From NCBI GenBank assembly GCA_004431415.1, contig QPMI01000432.1, positions 1-64,000 of the forward strand: DNA of 64,000 bases. Direction: 5' to 3'. Position 1 is the first letter of the stretch, and each line of letters starts with the position of its first letter. The DNA is from Cyanophora paradoxa CCMP329 (Eukaryota > Plantae > Glaucophyta). The notes under the pieces were generated by a model. The model saw nothing but the letters and a program-made list of their open reading frames with translations, had not been told where the DNA came from and searched no databases. Positions 1-12,847 of this stretch are shown here, in pieces. The translations under genes and the position numbers were made by a program.

Positions 1-288
1 CAATTATATCGATCTTTAAGCAGTTTAATGTTAATCTATCGCAGATTTGTATGTAAACAACAAAGTACATAATCAATCGATATAAGATCAATTGAATCTA
101 TCGAAGTTTAATCGAAAATATGCATTTTGGTAAACGCGTTTTCATTTTTAATACAAAGTTTTATTTTATACAAAGTTTGCATAAAAGTTTAAGAAATTAA
201 TCGAAAAAATATGTATTTTAGTATTAAATTAACACATATTGAAAACGAATTTAAATCCAGAGTGAATCGAGATCGCGAAGCGATCGAG

Positions 289-782
289 ATGAACGAGGAT
301 TTAAATTCGTTTTTCAATATGTGTGAAATGATGTCCCCCGGATCGATGTCGTCGCCGCGCTTCCAGCTGCAGGCGCAGGCGTCAGCGATGGCGCCGCTGG
401 CGCCGGCTTCGCCCCGTTCACCGCCGCCCGTGGCCCGCGCCCGGGCCCGCGCCCGGCAATGCCTTCTTCGCGGTGGCCACGGCCACGGGACCCTGGAGGG
501 TGGGGGTGCGGGGGATCTCGATCTCAACTCGAACTCGCCCCACGCTTTCTTCTACGAGCTCGAGGTCGACCCGAACATCAATCCGGAGGCGGCGGCTGCC
601 GCGACCGCGGCGGGCCTCGCGATCGGGATGGACATCGGGGGCGGATCTGGAGCATACGGAGGGCCGAACTCGAACGTCAACGCCGCCTCGGCGGCGGCGG
701 CGCTGCAGCAGGCGCAGCTGCAGCTGCAGGCGCAGGCGCAGGCCCAGGCGCAGGCGCAGGCGCAGGCGATTGCGATAGCAGC

Positions 783-831
<49 letters not shown>

Positions 832-1400
832 TTACAGTCGATATCTATGCACATTCAGCAGCAGCAGCAAATGCAACAATTGCAAATTAATATTCAACAG
901 CAGCAGCAAATGCAGCAGCACACATATAGGGGCCCGGGCGGCGGCGGAGGCGGCGTAAGAGAAACGGGAGCTCGAGCTCGAGGCAATATCGATGGGACGG
1001 GTCACGTCTACGGCTCGTTGCAGATGGGCGGCTCGACGGGCGCCGGCGCCGTTCATGTTGGGGAGAGCCGCGCCCCCGCGACATCCGGGGATCCCTCGAG
1101 CTCCACAGCCCCTACGACCGCCCCCGCGATACGTACACTGATCGCGGGCACCCCCACTCGGTCCGCTACGGGCCGCCTGTGCATGCGGGGGCCGGGGCCC
1201 GCATCCGTCCTGGCCCCCGGTACCCGCCCCCGCCCCATGCATTTGGGCAGCTGCAGTCGGGGCCGGGGTCCGGGGCGGATCCGGAGGCGGGGGCGCCGGG
1301 GCCGCGGGTGTACCGGCCGCGGCGCCCCGTGGAGGTCATCCAGGCGGAGCTGACGGAGCGGGAGGACCAGGTCCGGGCCCTCCGCCGCGAGGTCCGCCCC
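289..1400 (+). CDS. Hypothetical low-complexity polyQ/poly(QA) protein (ends approximate)
   Basis: Open frame from ATG 289 (MNEDLNSFFNMCEMMSPG) with QAQAQA and polyQ tracts. A coiled-coil-like stretch VEVIQAELTEREDQVRALRRE in another frame ends at a GT donor near 1392. No recognisable domain. Confidence 0.35.
784..831 (+). repeat. (CAG)15-CAA trinucleotide microsatellite
   Basis: Read directly from the sequence. Confidence 0.95.
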
Positions 1401-2958
1401 GGCCCCCCGCTCCCCCGCGCGCCTCTTCTGATCTGTCATTGGTCTGATCGAGTGGCGTGAACGTTAACGCCGGGGCGCGCGCTCGCAGCTTGCAATCGCG
1501 CAGCGGCACAAGAAGCGGGAGGACGCGGCGGAGGCGGCGCCCGGCTCGCCGCGGCCGCCCATGGCCAGCTCGCGATATCGGGTCCCGGGGGGCAGCTCGA
1601 GGGTGCCCCCGGGTTCCCCGGCGGTGGCCTTGCAATTGGAGGTGCGGACTCGCTTTCGGGCCTAGGCCTGCAGCTGCAGGTGCAGGTGCCGGACGAGGTC
1701 GACCACGTGGGCTTAGGCGCCTGCCTCGAGGTCCACTCTCATGCACAAGACCAACTCGAGCTCGCGATCGACAGCTGATCGCAACATCGATATCGATCCG
1801 GCGAGGGCGGCAGCGGATCCCCGGACCGGGCGACCGGCCCCGCGGCCGGGGGCCGCTGGCCGTCGGTCGTGATCAGCCGCGGGCACCGACGCCCCCCCGC
1901 GGATCCCGGATGTGGAGGCCGTTTGCCGACATTAATTCTCTAGGTTCATACAGCTAATGTATACGTAGTACTAGTCTTGCTCATGATCAGCTGCAATGTC
2001 TTTTTTTGCTCGATCGATATATATCCCTGATCATGATCATCGGATGTGCGATAGTACTTCGCTGTTTCATTTCCCTATCGTTCTAGAAATTTTAAGCTGC
2101 ATATCATAGTATGGCCATGCATATGGCCCAGTGGCTTCTCTTAATACTCTGAGAGTTTCCGAGTTCGAATTCGTATGATCGATAGTAATATTAGTCTGCG
2201 TGTTATCGTTTCTTCATGATCAAACCATGTGACTCAGTGAGTGCACATATCTTGATTTGCAGATTTGGAGCTGTTATACTGTGATGAATTTCAAGTCAGC
2301 CTGCCTAGTGGCAGATTAAATTAGCATTCGATATTTCGCATTATTCATTGTCGGATCTGCGCATGCGAGTCTTGTTGATTCAGCCGAATACCTCAGCAAT
2401 ACTATGCATATCATAGTATGATACATACAGTAATTATAATACGCTTGCAATACCGTGACAGTGACAGTTGCATTTGGCTCCGTGACAGTTGCATTTGACA
2501 GTGACAGCTTCCAGGCTAGCAGTAAATTCAAACGGACCCCATTTCGAATTCTCCATCATATGCAGAAAATTTTAGATGCTAGCGCAGCGCCCTCACAGTA
2601 GTACGGTACGGCAGCCTGCGGGGCGCCGCAGTGCAGCTGGCGGGCCCAATTGCAGGCTCTAATGGCAGTCTCTAGCCTCAAATTTCAAGTTTATTAAATA
2701 GCCACTGTGTTAGTGAGCCACAGTCTAGGCCTGGTTGCCGCCATAGTATTGAGCATGCAGTGTCGAATTCGTTGATTCATGATTTCGTGTTTCGTCTCAC
2801 TGATCATGAGTCAGACTCAGAGATATCCCTCAGGGCGTTGCACTCTCGGGGAGCTCGAGCTCGAGGTGCCACTGATCATGATAATGATATGCACCTCGCA
2901 ATCGGGCGCGGCTGGGGATTTTCAAAGCCGACAGCGTACGCTTGCATACAGTAGAGGC

Positions 2959-3335
2959 TCATAGGAACAGGAGGGCCACGTCTTCCGGGGCCAGGGTAGC
3001 CCACGGCGGGACGCGTACAGGTAGTAGTGCAGGGGTACGCCCTCCTCGCCGCGCCCCGCACGCCTCCAGGGCGCCCCGGGCGGCACCAACGGGTACCCCT
3101 CGTAGATGTCCGCCCCGGCCTGCGCGATCGCACGCGGCTCTCACTGATTCGGCGAGGAAAAGGGGGAAGGGTAGGGGGGGGGGGGGGGGGGGGAGGGGGG
3201 GTGGCGCACGCGGCGGGCGAGGACGAGGGCGGCCGCCACGAGGGCAGCGGGGGTACGCGAGCCGGGGAGGAGGTGCCACTGGGAGGCCACCCTCGCGCCC
3301 CCGCCCCGGAGGGAGTACACGTAGAACGAGACCTG

Positions 3336-3388
<53 letters not shown>

Positions 3389-5051
3389 AGCACGGATGAG
3401 GCTTCGGGAAAGCAAGTAAAAAAAAAGGAGAATTAGGGGAGTGGATGGGGTACCAGATCGGAAATGTCGCCGGGCCCGGGCCCGTCGGCGACGTACGAAG
3501 AAGAGGAGGCCGGGGCGGGGTACGAGGGCGTGCCGGGCCTCCTCGGGTCGATGCAGGGCGGGGGCGACGCGCACCGCCCCCAGCGCGCGGGCGGCGAGGC
3601 GGGCCGCCCCGGGTACGTCGTCCTCCGTCATCTCCCGCAGGCCCCAGGCCGCCGAGTCGTCCGCGGCGGGGGCGCCGGGGGCGGAAGCCGCCTGCAATCC
3701 TCGCACCCGGAGCAGCCTGAAGAAGCAAGGGAGTGAGCGGGCAAGGGAGAACTCCGGAAGGGGAAGGGAGGGAAGAGGGGCGGACCGTACGGAGAAGGCG
3801 GGGCCGGGGAGGAGGGCGGCGGTGGCGGCCATGGCGACCGCCGAGGACGCCACTGGGGCGCGGCGGACCACAATTAGAACGGGGCGAGGCGAGGCTTGCA
3901 AGAAAACGGGGTGGGACGGGGCGGGGCGGTGCGGGCGCGGAGGCACGGAGCTTGGCGGCGCAGGCCGTGGCGATGGCGGGGCGGGACGAGGGGGGTTGGG
4001 GGGGGGGAGGGTGGGATGGGGTGGGGGTGGAGGCGGGATCGGCGTGGCGGGACGGGACGGGGCGGGACGGGGCAGCTCGCTGGGGCTAGATATCGACGGG
4101 CTGGAGCACTGGCGGGGCGGGGCGGGGCGGGGCGGGGCGGGGCGGGGCGGGGGCGTACCCCCCCGGGAGGAGACGAGGCGGCGGCGGAGCTCGCGGAAGA
4201 GGACGGGCGCGAGGCGCTTGCCGCGCAGCGCCGAGTGGACGGCCAGCAGCGTCCCCTCCACCGCCCCCGCCTCCTCGCCCCGCACAAGCACCCGCTGCAT
4301 CGGATCGAACCGGGAGCTCAGCGGCGGGGCGGGGCGGGGCGGGGCGGGGCGCCCAGGCCGGGCGGGGCGGACGGTGGGCATGGCGGCGGCGTAGGCGACG
4401 AGGCCGCGCTGCGCGTGCCGCACGCCCACGCTCACCGCCGGCGCCCCGGGCCGCTCCAGGACCCACCTGCGCGCGATCGCACTTCAAGCAGACCGCGCCA
4501 GCGCACGCGGCTTCGTGCAAGCGCACCGAACGAAGTCCGAAGTCACATCGAACCCGACGTAGTGCTCCTGCGACCGGGCGCGTTCAGCGGGGCGCTCGGC
4601 GGGCGCGGCGCTGTGGGCCGGCCGGGCGGACCGAGAGGAAGGAGCAGAGCTCGGCGAGGGCGGCGGCATCGGCCCAGTCGACGTCCTCCCACGCGAAGCG
4701 CGGCGGGAGGGGCGTCGGCGCGTCGCCCTCGCGCTGCGCGAAGCCCTCCGCCGAGGCGGACGACCAGAAGCCCGCCGCCCCCGCCACCGCGCCGGCGATC
4801 GGGCGCACCGACGGTGCTGTGGCTGCAGAAGCTAAGAGAACACTCGCACGTGCACGGAGCGTGCCACGGTGCGGAGCGTGCACGGCAGTAGCTGAGCTGG
4901 CTCGAGCTCGCCGCGGGTTCGACCGGTCCGGGTTCGGCCCAAGCTTAGGTTCCGCCGCGCCCGCGTGTGCGCGGCCGCGGCCGGCCGCGGCAGCTGCAGC
5001 TTGCAGCCGCTGAGCTGCAGGCGACGCGATCGCGAGTCGCGACAGGCGCAT
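2959..5051 (-). CDS. Divergent glycylpeptide N-myristoyltransferase (NMT)-like protein, multi-exon (start uncertain)
   Basis: Exon peptides occur in NMT order: FWSS..LPPRFAWEDVD..LAELCSFL|QEHYVG; VGVRHAQRGLVAYAAAMP; VEGTLLAVHSALRGKRLAPVLFRELRRRL; GLREMTEDDVPGAARL..EEARHALVPRPG; VSFYVYS; GADIYEG; PLHYYLY; C-terminal PEDVALLFL-stop (TGA 2959-2961). Confidence 0.75.
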
Positions 5052-5327
5052 GCGCAGCTGCAGGCATGGAAATTCATGGGCCCCGAACGAATTTGAAGCC
5101 TTTGAAGGACGTCGCGCGCGCGCGTCGACGTCGACCATGGCCAAGGCCGAGGGAGAATGGTGCGGCTGGCGCTAGCGCTGCGAGCCTACGACGTCCGACG
5201 GTCGACGCGAGATATGCACTACAATATACACTCAGAGCTGTGACTGCAATATTTAGCGGGACTGGGAGAGGGGCCGGGGGATTGGGGGACGTGATGGGGG
5301 CGTACAGCGACGAGGGCGCGCGCCGGC

Positions 5328-8300
5328 TCAGGGGGCGAAGATGCCGGTGGTGCCGCGGCGGACGAAGAGGCTGCGGCGGGGCGCGGGGGCGCCGGCCGAG
5401 GCCGAGGCGGAGAGGTGGAGGGGGAGGAGGCCCTTGTTGGGCCCCCCTCGTGCGGCGGCTCCTCGTCCGTCCGCGGGCTGTCGTACCCCCGAGGCCTCCG
5501 CCGCGGAGGCGCCCGAGCTCGAGGGCTCGGAGGGGGATACGCTGTTCAGGAGGGAGACGGCGGTGGAGAGGGAGGAGAGGGAGAGGGACGAGGAGGCGGA
5601 GCCCAGGCGGGGGCCTTCTGCCCCCCTCCCGCGCTGCCGCCCGCCCGCGTCAAGCTCCCGCGTCCACCGGGGGAGCGGTCTCCGAGGGCAGGGGGGGGGG
5701 GGGGGGCGAACGAACCTTCTCCACTCGACGAGGATCTCCTGGAGAGCGGTCTCCTCGCGGAGGCGCCGCGGCACCGGCTGCACGACCTGCGCCCCGGCGG
5801 CGTCAGCGGCACAGACAGGATCAAAGCGTGAAGAGAGCGGGGCGGGGCGGGGCGGGGCGGGCCTGCTCGAGGAAGAACTTGAGGGCGAAGATGGTGTGCT
5901 CGACGGTGACGATGAGGAAGAGCTTCCAGAAGCGGCTGTAGCGCGTCCCCAGCGACGAGAAGAACTCGTCGATCTGCGCCGGCGAGGCGCGCGGCCACGG
6001 GCTCAGCTGGCGGCTGGCGAGGGGTCGGCCCTAGGCTCCAAGGCTCGGGCCTCGGATGGCGGCCGGCCGGCAGCATGCGTGCGCCCACCCTCCTCCCCCT
6101 TGCTAGGGCTCCGAGGGCGGGCGGGGCGGGGCGGACGGTGGTGGAGACGAAGCAGATGAGGAGGACGTTGGTGATGATGGAGACGTTCGTGAGGAGGCGC
6201 AGCATCGTCAGCCACGAGCCGATGTCCCGCGCCGCCGTCTGCTGCGCATCAGAGGCGGCGGGGCGGGCGGGGCGGGCGGGAGGGGGGGAGGGGGCGGGGC
6301 GGACGACGCGGGGCCGCTGCTGGACGCCCAGGAGCTGCGGCGCGAGGGGCGAGGTCAGAGGCTGGGCGGGGCTCCCTTAACGCGCGCGCGCGTGCGGGCG
6401 GGCGGCGCCGGATATTACGGGCGGGGGTGCTGGTGCTATCGCCTTGGCCTAGCGCGAGGGCGCGGGCGGGGGGGCGGGCCTTCATGGCGTCGGTGCGGAT
6501 CTCGATGACGTTGTTGAGCCAGGCGAGGAAGGCGGCGAGGGGGAAGCCCGCCGCGAAGAGGACGACGTACCCGAACTGCAGCACCTGCGGCCGGCGCGTG
6601 AGCAGAGGAGGCGAAGGAGCAGCGCTCACAAGATGCTTGGACGGGGGGTACGCGCCATCTCGCGGTACTCGTCGAAGAGGGAGGGCTCCTGGAGGCTCCC
6701 CTCCGCCTCCGTCTTGGAGGGCCGCAGCACGCCCCCCGCGGCCGCCGCAGAAGAGAGCACCAGCGAGCGGCGCCGCGAGGAGGCGAGGAGGTCGCCCCCG
6801 GAGGCGGAGGCGGAGGAGCGGAGGAGGGCGGCGCGGGCGCGGCGGTAGAGGGTCGTCGCGTTCGCCCGCACGAAGGGCACCAGCACCTCGAACACGTTCC
6901 TGGCGGGGGGGTCGGGGTGAGGAAGAGCGGCGGGCGTCCCTCAGCCTAGCAAGCGTCCTAGCCAAAGGGGCAACAGCCGGAAAGAGGGGAGGCTAGGCCA
7001 GGGTTACCGAGGAGGATCTGGAAGAGCATGATGGAGCCGAGCTGGCGCGACAGCTCATACCTGCGGCGGGGCGGCCGGCGGCGCTCAGAGTTGACAGAGC
7101 ACGCAATCAGCCATCAGCCATCTTGGTGCAGCGACCCGAGCCGTCTTGGGCCGTCTAGCGCTAGCCTGGCGGGCGAGGGAGGGGGGTCTCGCACATGCAG
7201 TTGGGGGGCGCCCCTCTCCACCGAGAGGCACCGCTGCTCGTACCCCAGGATCGACACCTGGAAGAACTGCAGGGGGGGAGGAGTCAGGGGGAGGCGGAAT
7301 CCGAATCGGAGGAGTCGATCACGTGCCTTGACGAAGGCGATGTAGAAGTACGCGATCTGCGAAGGGAGCGCGGCGGGCGGGGGTGTGAGCGCGGGAGGGA
7401 GGCGGTTGCAGCGGCGGCGAGGAAACAAGCGCCCGGCGGCGCGGGTGGCACAAGCACGGAGACGACGGAGTTCGAGGGTGAAAGGGAAAAGGGGCGCGGG
7501 CGGGGGCGGGCGGGCGCACGTAGTTGTTGACGAACTCGAAGATGAACATCTTGTTCACGAAGGAGCGCTCGTACGCGCTCTGCCCCCGGTCGCCAGCGAG
7601 GTCAGCGAGGTCTAGAGAGCAAGCGGGCCCCCCCACGCCCGCTTCTGGGCGCTTCTTCTTCTAGAGAGCGGGCGGGGGCCCCCAGGGCCCCGCACCTTGA
7701 AGCGGTGGTTCTCGTGGTCGGTGAGGCGCGAGGCGAGGCCCATGTACAGCGTGCTCATCGTCTCGATCGCCAGAACGCTGCGGGGAGTGAGGAAAGGGAA
7801 GGGTGGGGTGTGGGACGGGGCGGGGGGTGGGGCGCACAAGGAGAGGCCCCCCGCGACGGCGGCGACGAGGGGGCCGTGGCGGGCGTGGAGGTAGGAGCGC
7901 AGCACGAGGAGCACCAGCGTCGCGCACACGCACGCCAGCACCTGCCCGGCCCCGTGCGCGGTGAGCTCAATCGGGGGCGGGCCACCTCCTCCGCCCTCCT
8001 CCCTCCTCCCCCTCGGGGCCGCTCACCGAGGCGGCGATGGCGGCGTAGTTGACGAGGCGGACGCCCAGCCGAGCCGCGAGGCGAACCGGTTCGTCCACAC
8101 GTGCGCCGGGAAGCGCTGCCGGCGCCGGGCCGGGCGATCGGTGAGACCAAGCGGGGGTCCTGTCCTTGGCCTGGGCGGCACCTGCTTGATCTGGGCGAAG
8201 ACGCGGGAGCGCTCCGGGGCGGCCAGGTCCACCCAGTCCATCGTCGGCGTGTAGAACCCCGCCCGCTCCTCGTCCTGCCGGCAGAGAGGAGTAAGAGGCG

Positions 8301-10250
8301 GAGGAGGAGGGCGGGGGGGGCGGGGGGAGGGGGGAGGGGGGGGGGAGGACTTCCTGAACTCGGGGCGGGGCACCTCGCGCGACTGCAGGTTCCACGTACC
8401 CCACTCCAGCGAGCGCTCCCTGCGGGGCGGGGGGACGGTGAGCGGGGGGGGGTGGGGGAGGGGGCCGGGCCGGGCAGGGGGCACCTGGGTTCGGTTCCAG
8501 GAGATGACGAGCCAGGTGGCGGCAGCGGCACGAAGATGCACCAGAACGGCGTCAGCGGCCTGCCGCCCCGCCGCGTCAGAGGCCGAATCCTTCGTTTTAT
8601 TCCTCATCTCGTCTCATTTCCTTGCGCGATCCATCTCCGCTTCCCATCCTCGGAGCATTCGGGCGGGCGGGCGGCCTCTCTCTCTGAGATTCTGAGGGCC
8701 CGGGCGGGGGGGCGCACCGTCGTAGGAGCGGAGCTCGCGGAGCTCCTCGATGCCCGTCGCCGGGTCCCGCACCGGCGCCGCCGGCCACCGGTCCACGAAC
8801 TGAGGGGCGGAGTGAGGGGCGGAGGGGGGAGGGGAAAGGGGGCGGGCCTGGACGACGGCGACGACGATGCCGAGGAGGGCGACGCGTATGAGCCAGCCTG
8901 CCGGGCGGCCGGGCGGGTGAGGCGCAGCTCTGGGCTGGAGCGGGGCGGGCGGACGGTTGTAGAAGCCGAGGAAGGCGAAGTACATGGCGACGGACTCGCC
9001 GAAGTAGTCCCGGATGCCCCACAGCGTCTCCGGCGGCATCCCGAGAGCCAGTTCCACGCCCGCACCTGCGCCGACTTAGAGCAGAGGGCTCGGGGGGGCC
9101 GCCGTCTAGATAGGGGCCTCGACATGCGCGGCGCTCGCTCCAGATGGACGGCTAGATCTCGCTGGGGTGCGGCGGTGCTAGGCGCGCGCGCGCACTTCTG
9201 AATAATCTCACCCCGCTCCTCATCGTCGTGCAGGGGGTAGTGCCTGAGCAGGGATGAGGGGGGGAGGGGGGGGGACGAAGAGAGGGGTACGGCACGCACC
9301 GTTTAATGACCTGCCGCCGGGCGAGAGACTCGAAAGGTATCTGGCACCCTCCTACTTTCCTGTTTTTGTGGGAGGGGCGGGGGAAAGGAGGGGGGGATGA
9401 GGTTTGAAAGGGGAGGGGAGGGGTACAGGATTTCGCACCATGAGGCCTCGAGGATGAACTGGATGACACGGATGCGGTCGTTGGACGTGAAGAGCTTCGA
9501 GGGGTACCCTGCTGTGCGTGTGAAGAGGGGGGGCGAAAAGAGAGGGCCAGGCCGGGGGGCGAGGAAGGGGGGGGGGGAGGAAGGGGGTACGCACCCTCGA
9601 AGCGGGAAGCCTCCGCGAGGACAAAGGGCTCGTACTTGATGCCCTCGGAGGTTCGGACGCGCTTGAGGAGCTTCAGGAACTCCGCGCGCGAGGCCAGGAC
9701 GTCGTCCGGTACCCCCAGCCGCAGGAAGATCTCCTTCCCGTCGCGGCTCTTGCTTTTTGAGACGACGAGCTGCGCGGGTTCGGATCGGCACGGGGCCGCT
9801 TGTCGGACCCGAGCCGCGCCGCGGGGCACCTTCGCTTCCCGGACCATCTGTGTCACTGAGGCGCGGGCGGCGCGGGTCAGCGGGGCCGGGTGGCGGCGCG
9901 GGCGGCCGAGTCGGCGCGGCCGTACCGATCCTCCGCTCCTTTATTCGGGCCTCCGCCTGCTCCCTACGCTTTCCCTGGTGCTCCGCAGCGTTGATCTGCA
10001 ACGCGGAAGCGGTTTGTTGGACTGGAGGTGGCCGCGGAGCGCCTGCGGGCGCACGTTCTCAAAGACGATGAATAGTCGAAGCGCGTCGTGGCTGCAGTGC
10101 GTCAGCGGGCACGCCGCTCGGCACTGCCGATTGCAACGCGGACCTCGGCCGACCCTGAAGACTCACGCTGGCTCCGCCGCCACGCCCCAAGAACCGCGCA
10201 CGGCTCGAGTCCGGTTCGTTCAGTTTAACATACTTGTCAGCGGCGCCCTC
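5328..10250 (-). CDS. Anoctamin / TMEM16 family Ca2+-activated channel or scramblase, many exons (5' end approximate)
   Basis: Family motifs [117 protein letters not shown]. Confidence 0.92.
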
Positions 10251-10806
10251 CCTACGTCGTCAATGGCCGACGTTAGTTCTGGCGTCGCGCGTTCCGGATG
10301 TCTAGGGGCGGCTCGATCGGCTAGCGTTCGACGGAATGATACCAGTCACATCAGGGGCAAAAGGGGCGCCTAGACGCGGGAAACGGGGGGCGCGCGGACG
10401 ACAGCCGGTTCGGCTCAGCGCTCGCGGCTTGCGAAATCGCACCTCCGCATCGTTACTGGCGCAAGTTTGGGCCCAGCGTGAAACGCCAGGCGGTCTCGAG
10501 ACGATAGACCTGAAAGAAGCGGGCCGATCAGACGTGCCGTACCCCACCGAAAAGTCACGCTCACTGCTAGCGGTCGCTAGCGACTCGTTGCAGCTCTGAA
10601 TCGAAGAACAAGCGTCTCCGCTTCATCGAGCTGGGCTGGGGCGGTTCGAGTCCGACGCCGGCTTGTAGAAGAACACCAGAGTTGGCGCGCAATCTACCCG
10701 TGCGCTATCGCTCAGAACTTGCATCGTGAAACTCCTTGCGAGCGCTCAGCGGCGGCGGACCGTGCCGTTCAGCGGGAGCGCACAGCGGCAGCGGCGAGCG
10801 CGCCGC

Positions 10807-12739
10807 ATGTCCACGGTCGTCCTGCAGGTCGGCCAGTGCGGCAATCAGCTCGGTGGAGAGTGGTGGCGGCTCGTCCAGGCCGAGTGCGACCCGAGCGCTG
10901 CTCGATGGTGGCGCGCCGCCCTGACTCGCGCGTACGCAGCGCGAGCGCGTCGCGTTCCTTCATCGACAGCGACGGGAAGGCGCGCTGCGTGCTGATCGAC
11001 AGCGAGCCGAAGGTGGGCGCCAGCGACGGGAGCGGCGAGAGTTCCGCTGCTCAGCGCTGCGCGGGGGCGGGCCGCGGCGTGCGCAGGTCATCCAGGGCCT
11101 CCTGAAGGGTCCCGGGGGCGACCTCTTCCGCCCGGGGAACGTCGCGTACGAACAGTCGGGCCGCGGCAACAACTGGGCCCTCGGTGCGCCCGCTCTTGGA
11201 TCCTCCCGCCCGCCGGCCCCGTCCCGCCCGGGGGCGCTCCTCCGAGCGCCGCGCGCGCGCTCCGCAGGATACTACAAGTCGGGTACTGGGAGCCGTCGGC
11301 GGGGGCGGGGGCGGGCGGCGGGAATGTGGACGAGGAAGGTGCTGCCGCGCGGCCCCGCCATGCCGCGCCCGGCTGACCAGGACGCGCGCACGCGCGGCAG
11401 AGCGGAACGGGCGGTCGCTGGTGGGCGGGCGATGGCGGCGCTGAGGCGGGAGGCCGAGCGGTGCGACTGGTACCAGGGGTGCGTGCTGCTGCACAGCATC
11501 GGGGGCGGCACGGGCGCCGGCGTCGGCTCGCGCCTGGTCGAGGCCGTGCGGGAGGAGTACCCCCCCAACTACATCACCGCCGTCTCCGTGGCCCCTTCCT
11601 CCAGGCGCGCAAACCGTACCCTCGTATTGCCCCAAACCCTCCAGACCCGGCGCTCTGCCTGAAACTCGTAGCCCCCTCAGGGCGAGACCCCACGCAGTCG
11701 TACAACGCGCTCCTGACCATCGCCTGGCTCCAGAGGCGCGCGCGTACCCCCCTCCCTCCCTTCCCTCCAAACTCCATCTGACTCCATTCCGCCAAAGGCA
11801 CGCGGACGCCGTGCTCCTCTTCCCGAACGAGGACGCGCAGCGGGTGCTGGCGCGCGGGAGGCCGGGCCGCAGGGGGGCGGGGGAGCGTGGGGAGGGCGCG
11901 CGTCTCCACGCGGGACTGAACGGCACGTCGCGGGCTGCCTGGCGGGGATCCTGTACCCTCGCGGCAGGGGCCGGGGGCCCGTGCGGCCGTACGACGCGGG
12001 GGACCTGGTCGCAACGCTGTGCCGCTGCAGCGCCAAGTTCCTCGAGGCCCGCGCCTCGGCCGCGGCCCTCGCGCCCTCGACGAGCTGCTCGTCGGGCACG
12101 CGGGGTACGAGCGCGGCGGCTCCGGCCGCCCTCGTCAGCCTCTCCACCCAGCTCCTCGTGCGGGGCGACGCCGCCTGTACCGCTCCTCCTGCCCTCGCCG
12201 CAGGGCCCGGCCTCGCCCGGGCCACTCCCGCCACCGCCGCCCGACGCGGCCGGGACGGGGCCCGCGCCCGCCTCCTGCACGCGTACCCCAGCGTCCCTGG
12301 AACCCTTTCCCTTCGACGTCCGTTTCTCCGAGGCTCCGCCCCGCCCCCTCCAAGTCGGCGCCCCCTCCAAGCGCGCGGCGGACGCGCCGCGCCTCCGCCC
12401 GTGGTCACCGCGGTGCGCAGCCGGCCGGGCCGCGGGATAGAGGACGGCCCTGAATCTCACGCGCCCCGCCCGCCCGCCCCGCCCCGCCCCGCTCCGGCGC
12501 GCCTCAGGTGAGCAACCGGAGCGGGGTGGCGGGCTCCTGGAGCACTTCCTCTCGCGGGCGCGCGCCATGTTCGACGCCCGCGCCTACCTCCACTGGTGCC
12601 CCGCGGGCCGCGGCCATCCCGGCCCGGCCGAGCGTGACCCGGGGCAGGTACGGGCGGTACGGGTGCGGGGCGGAGGAGATGGAGGCGGCCTTCGAGGAGG
12701 CCGCGACCGCCGCGCCGCCTACCGCGCCTCGTCGCCTAG
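10807..12739 (+). CDS. Zeta-tubulin (delta/zeta/eta group; often auto-annotated as tubulin delta chain), multi-exon
   Basis: MSTVVLQVGQCGNQLGGEWW; DGKARCVLIDSEPKV; GRGNNWALG; REAERCDWYQGCVLLHSIGGGTGAGVGSRL; SVAP..PTQSYNALLTIAWLQRHADAVLLFPNED; MFDARAYLHW. EWW, DSEPKV, GRGNNW and the V-A-P/P-x-Q-x-YN pattern match zeta rather than delta. Probable stop TAG 12737-12739 after an apparent indel. Confidence 0.85.
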
Positions 12740-12847
12740 CCCCCGCCCGCCTCCTCATCTCAGCTGCCCGATCCGAGCCCGACCTCGGGTTGGAGCGCAG
12801 TCGCCCGGTCCGTGTCCTTTCACAGAAAGAACGGAGCGAACTGCCGA

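Noticed and set aside
3174-3387. Long poly-G tracts (also 15531-15586 and poly-C 24723-24764) as poly-Pro/Gly coding or special G4 elements
   Set aside because: They lie in introns as C-runs on the coding strand, and their lengths are unreliable in the assembly.
10590-10665. tRNA or SINE suggested by GGTTCGAGTCC
   Set aside because: Only a B-box-like match is present; no A-box, cloverleaf or acceptor stem.
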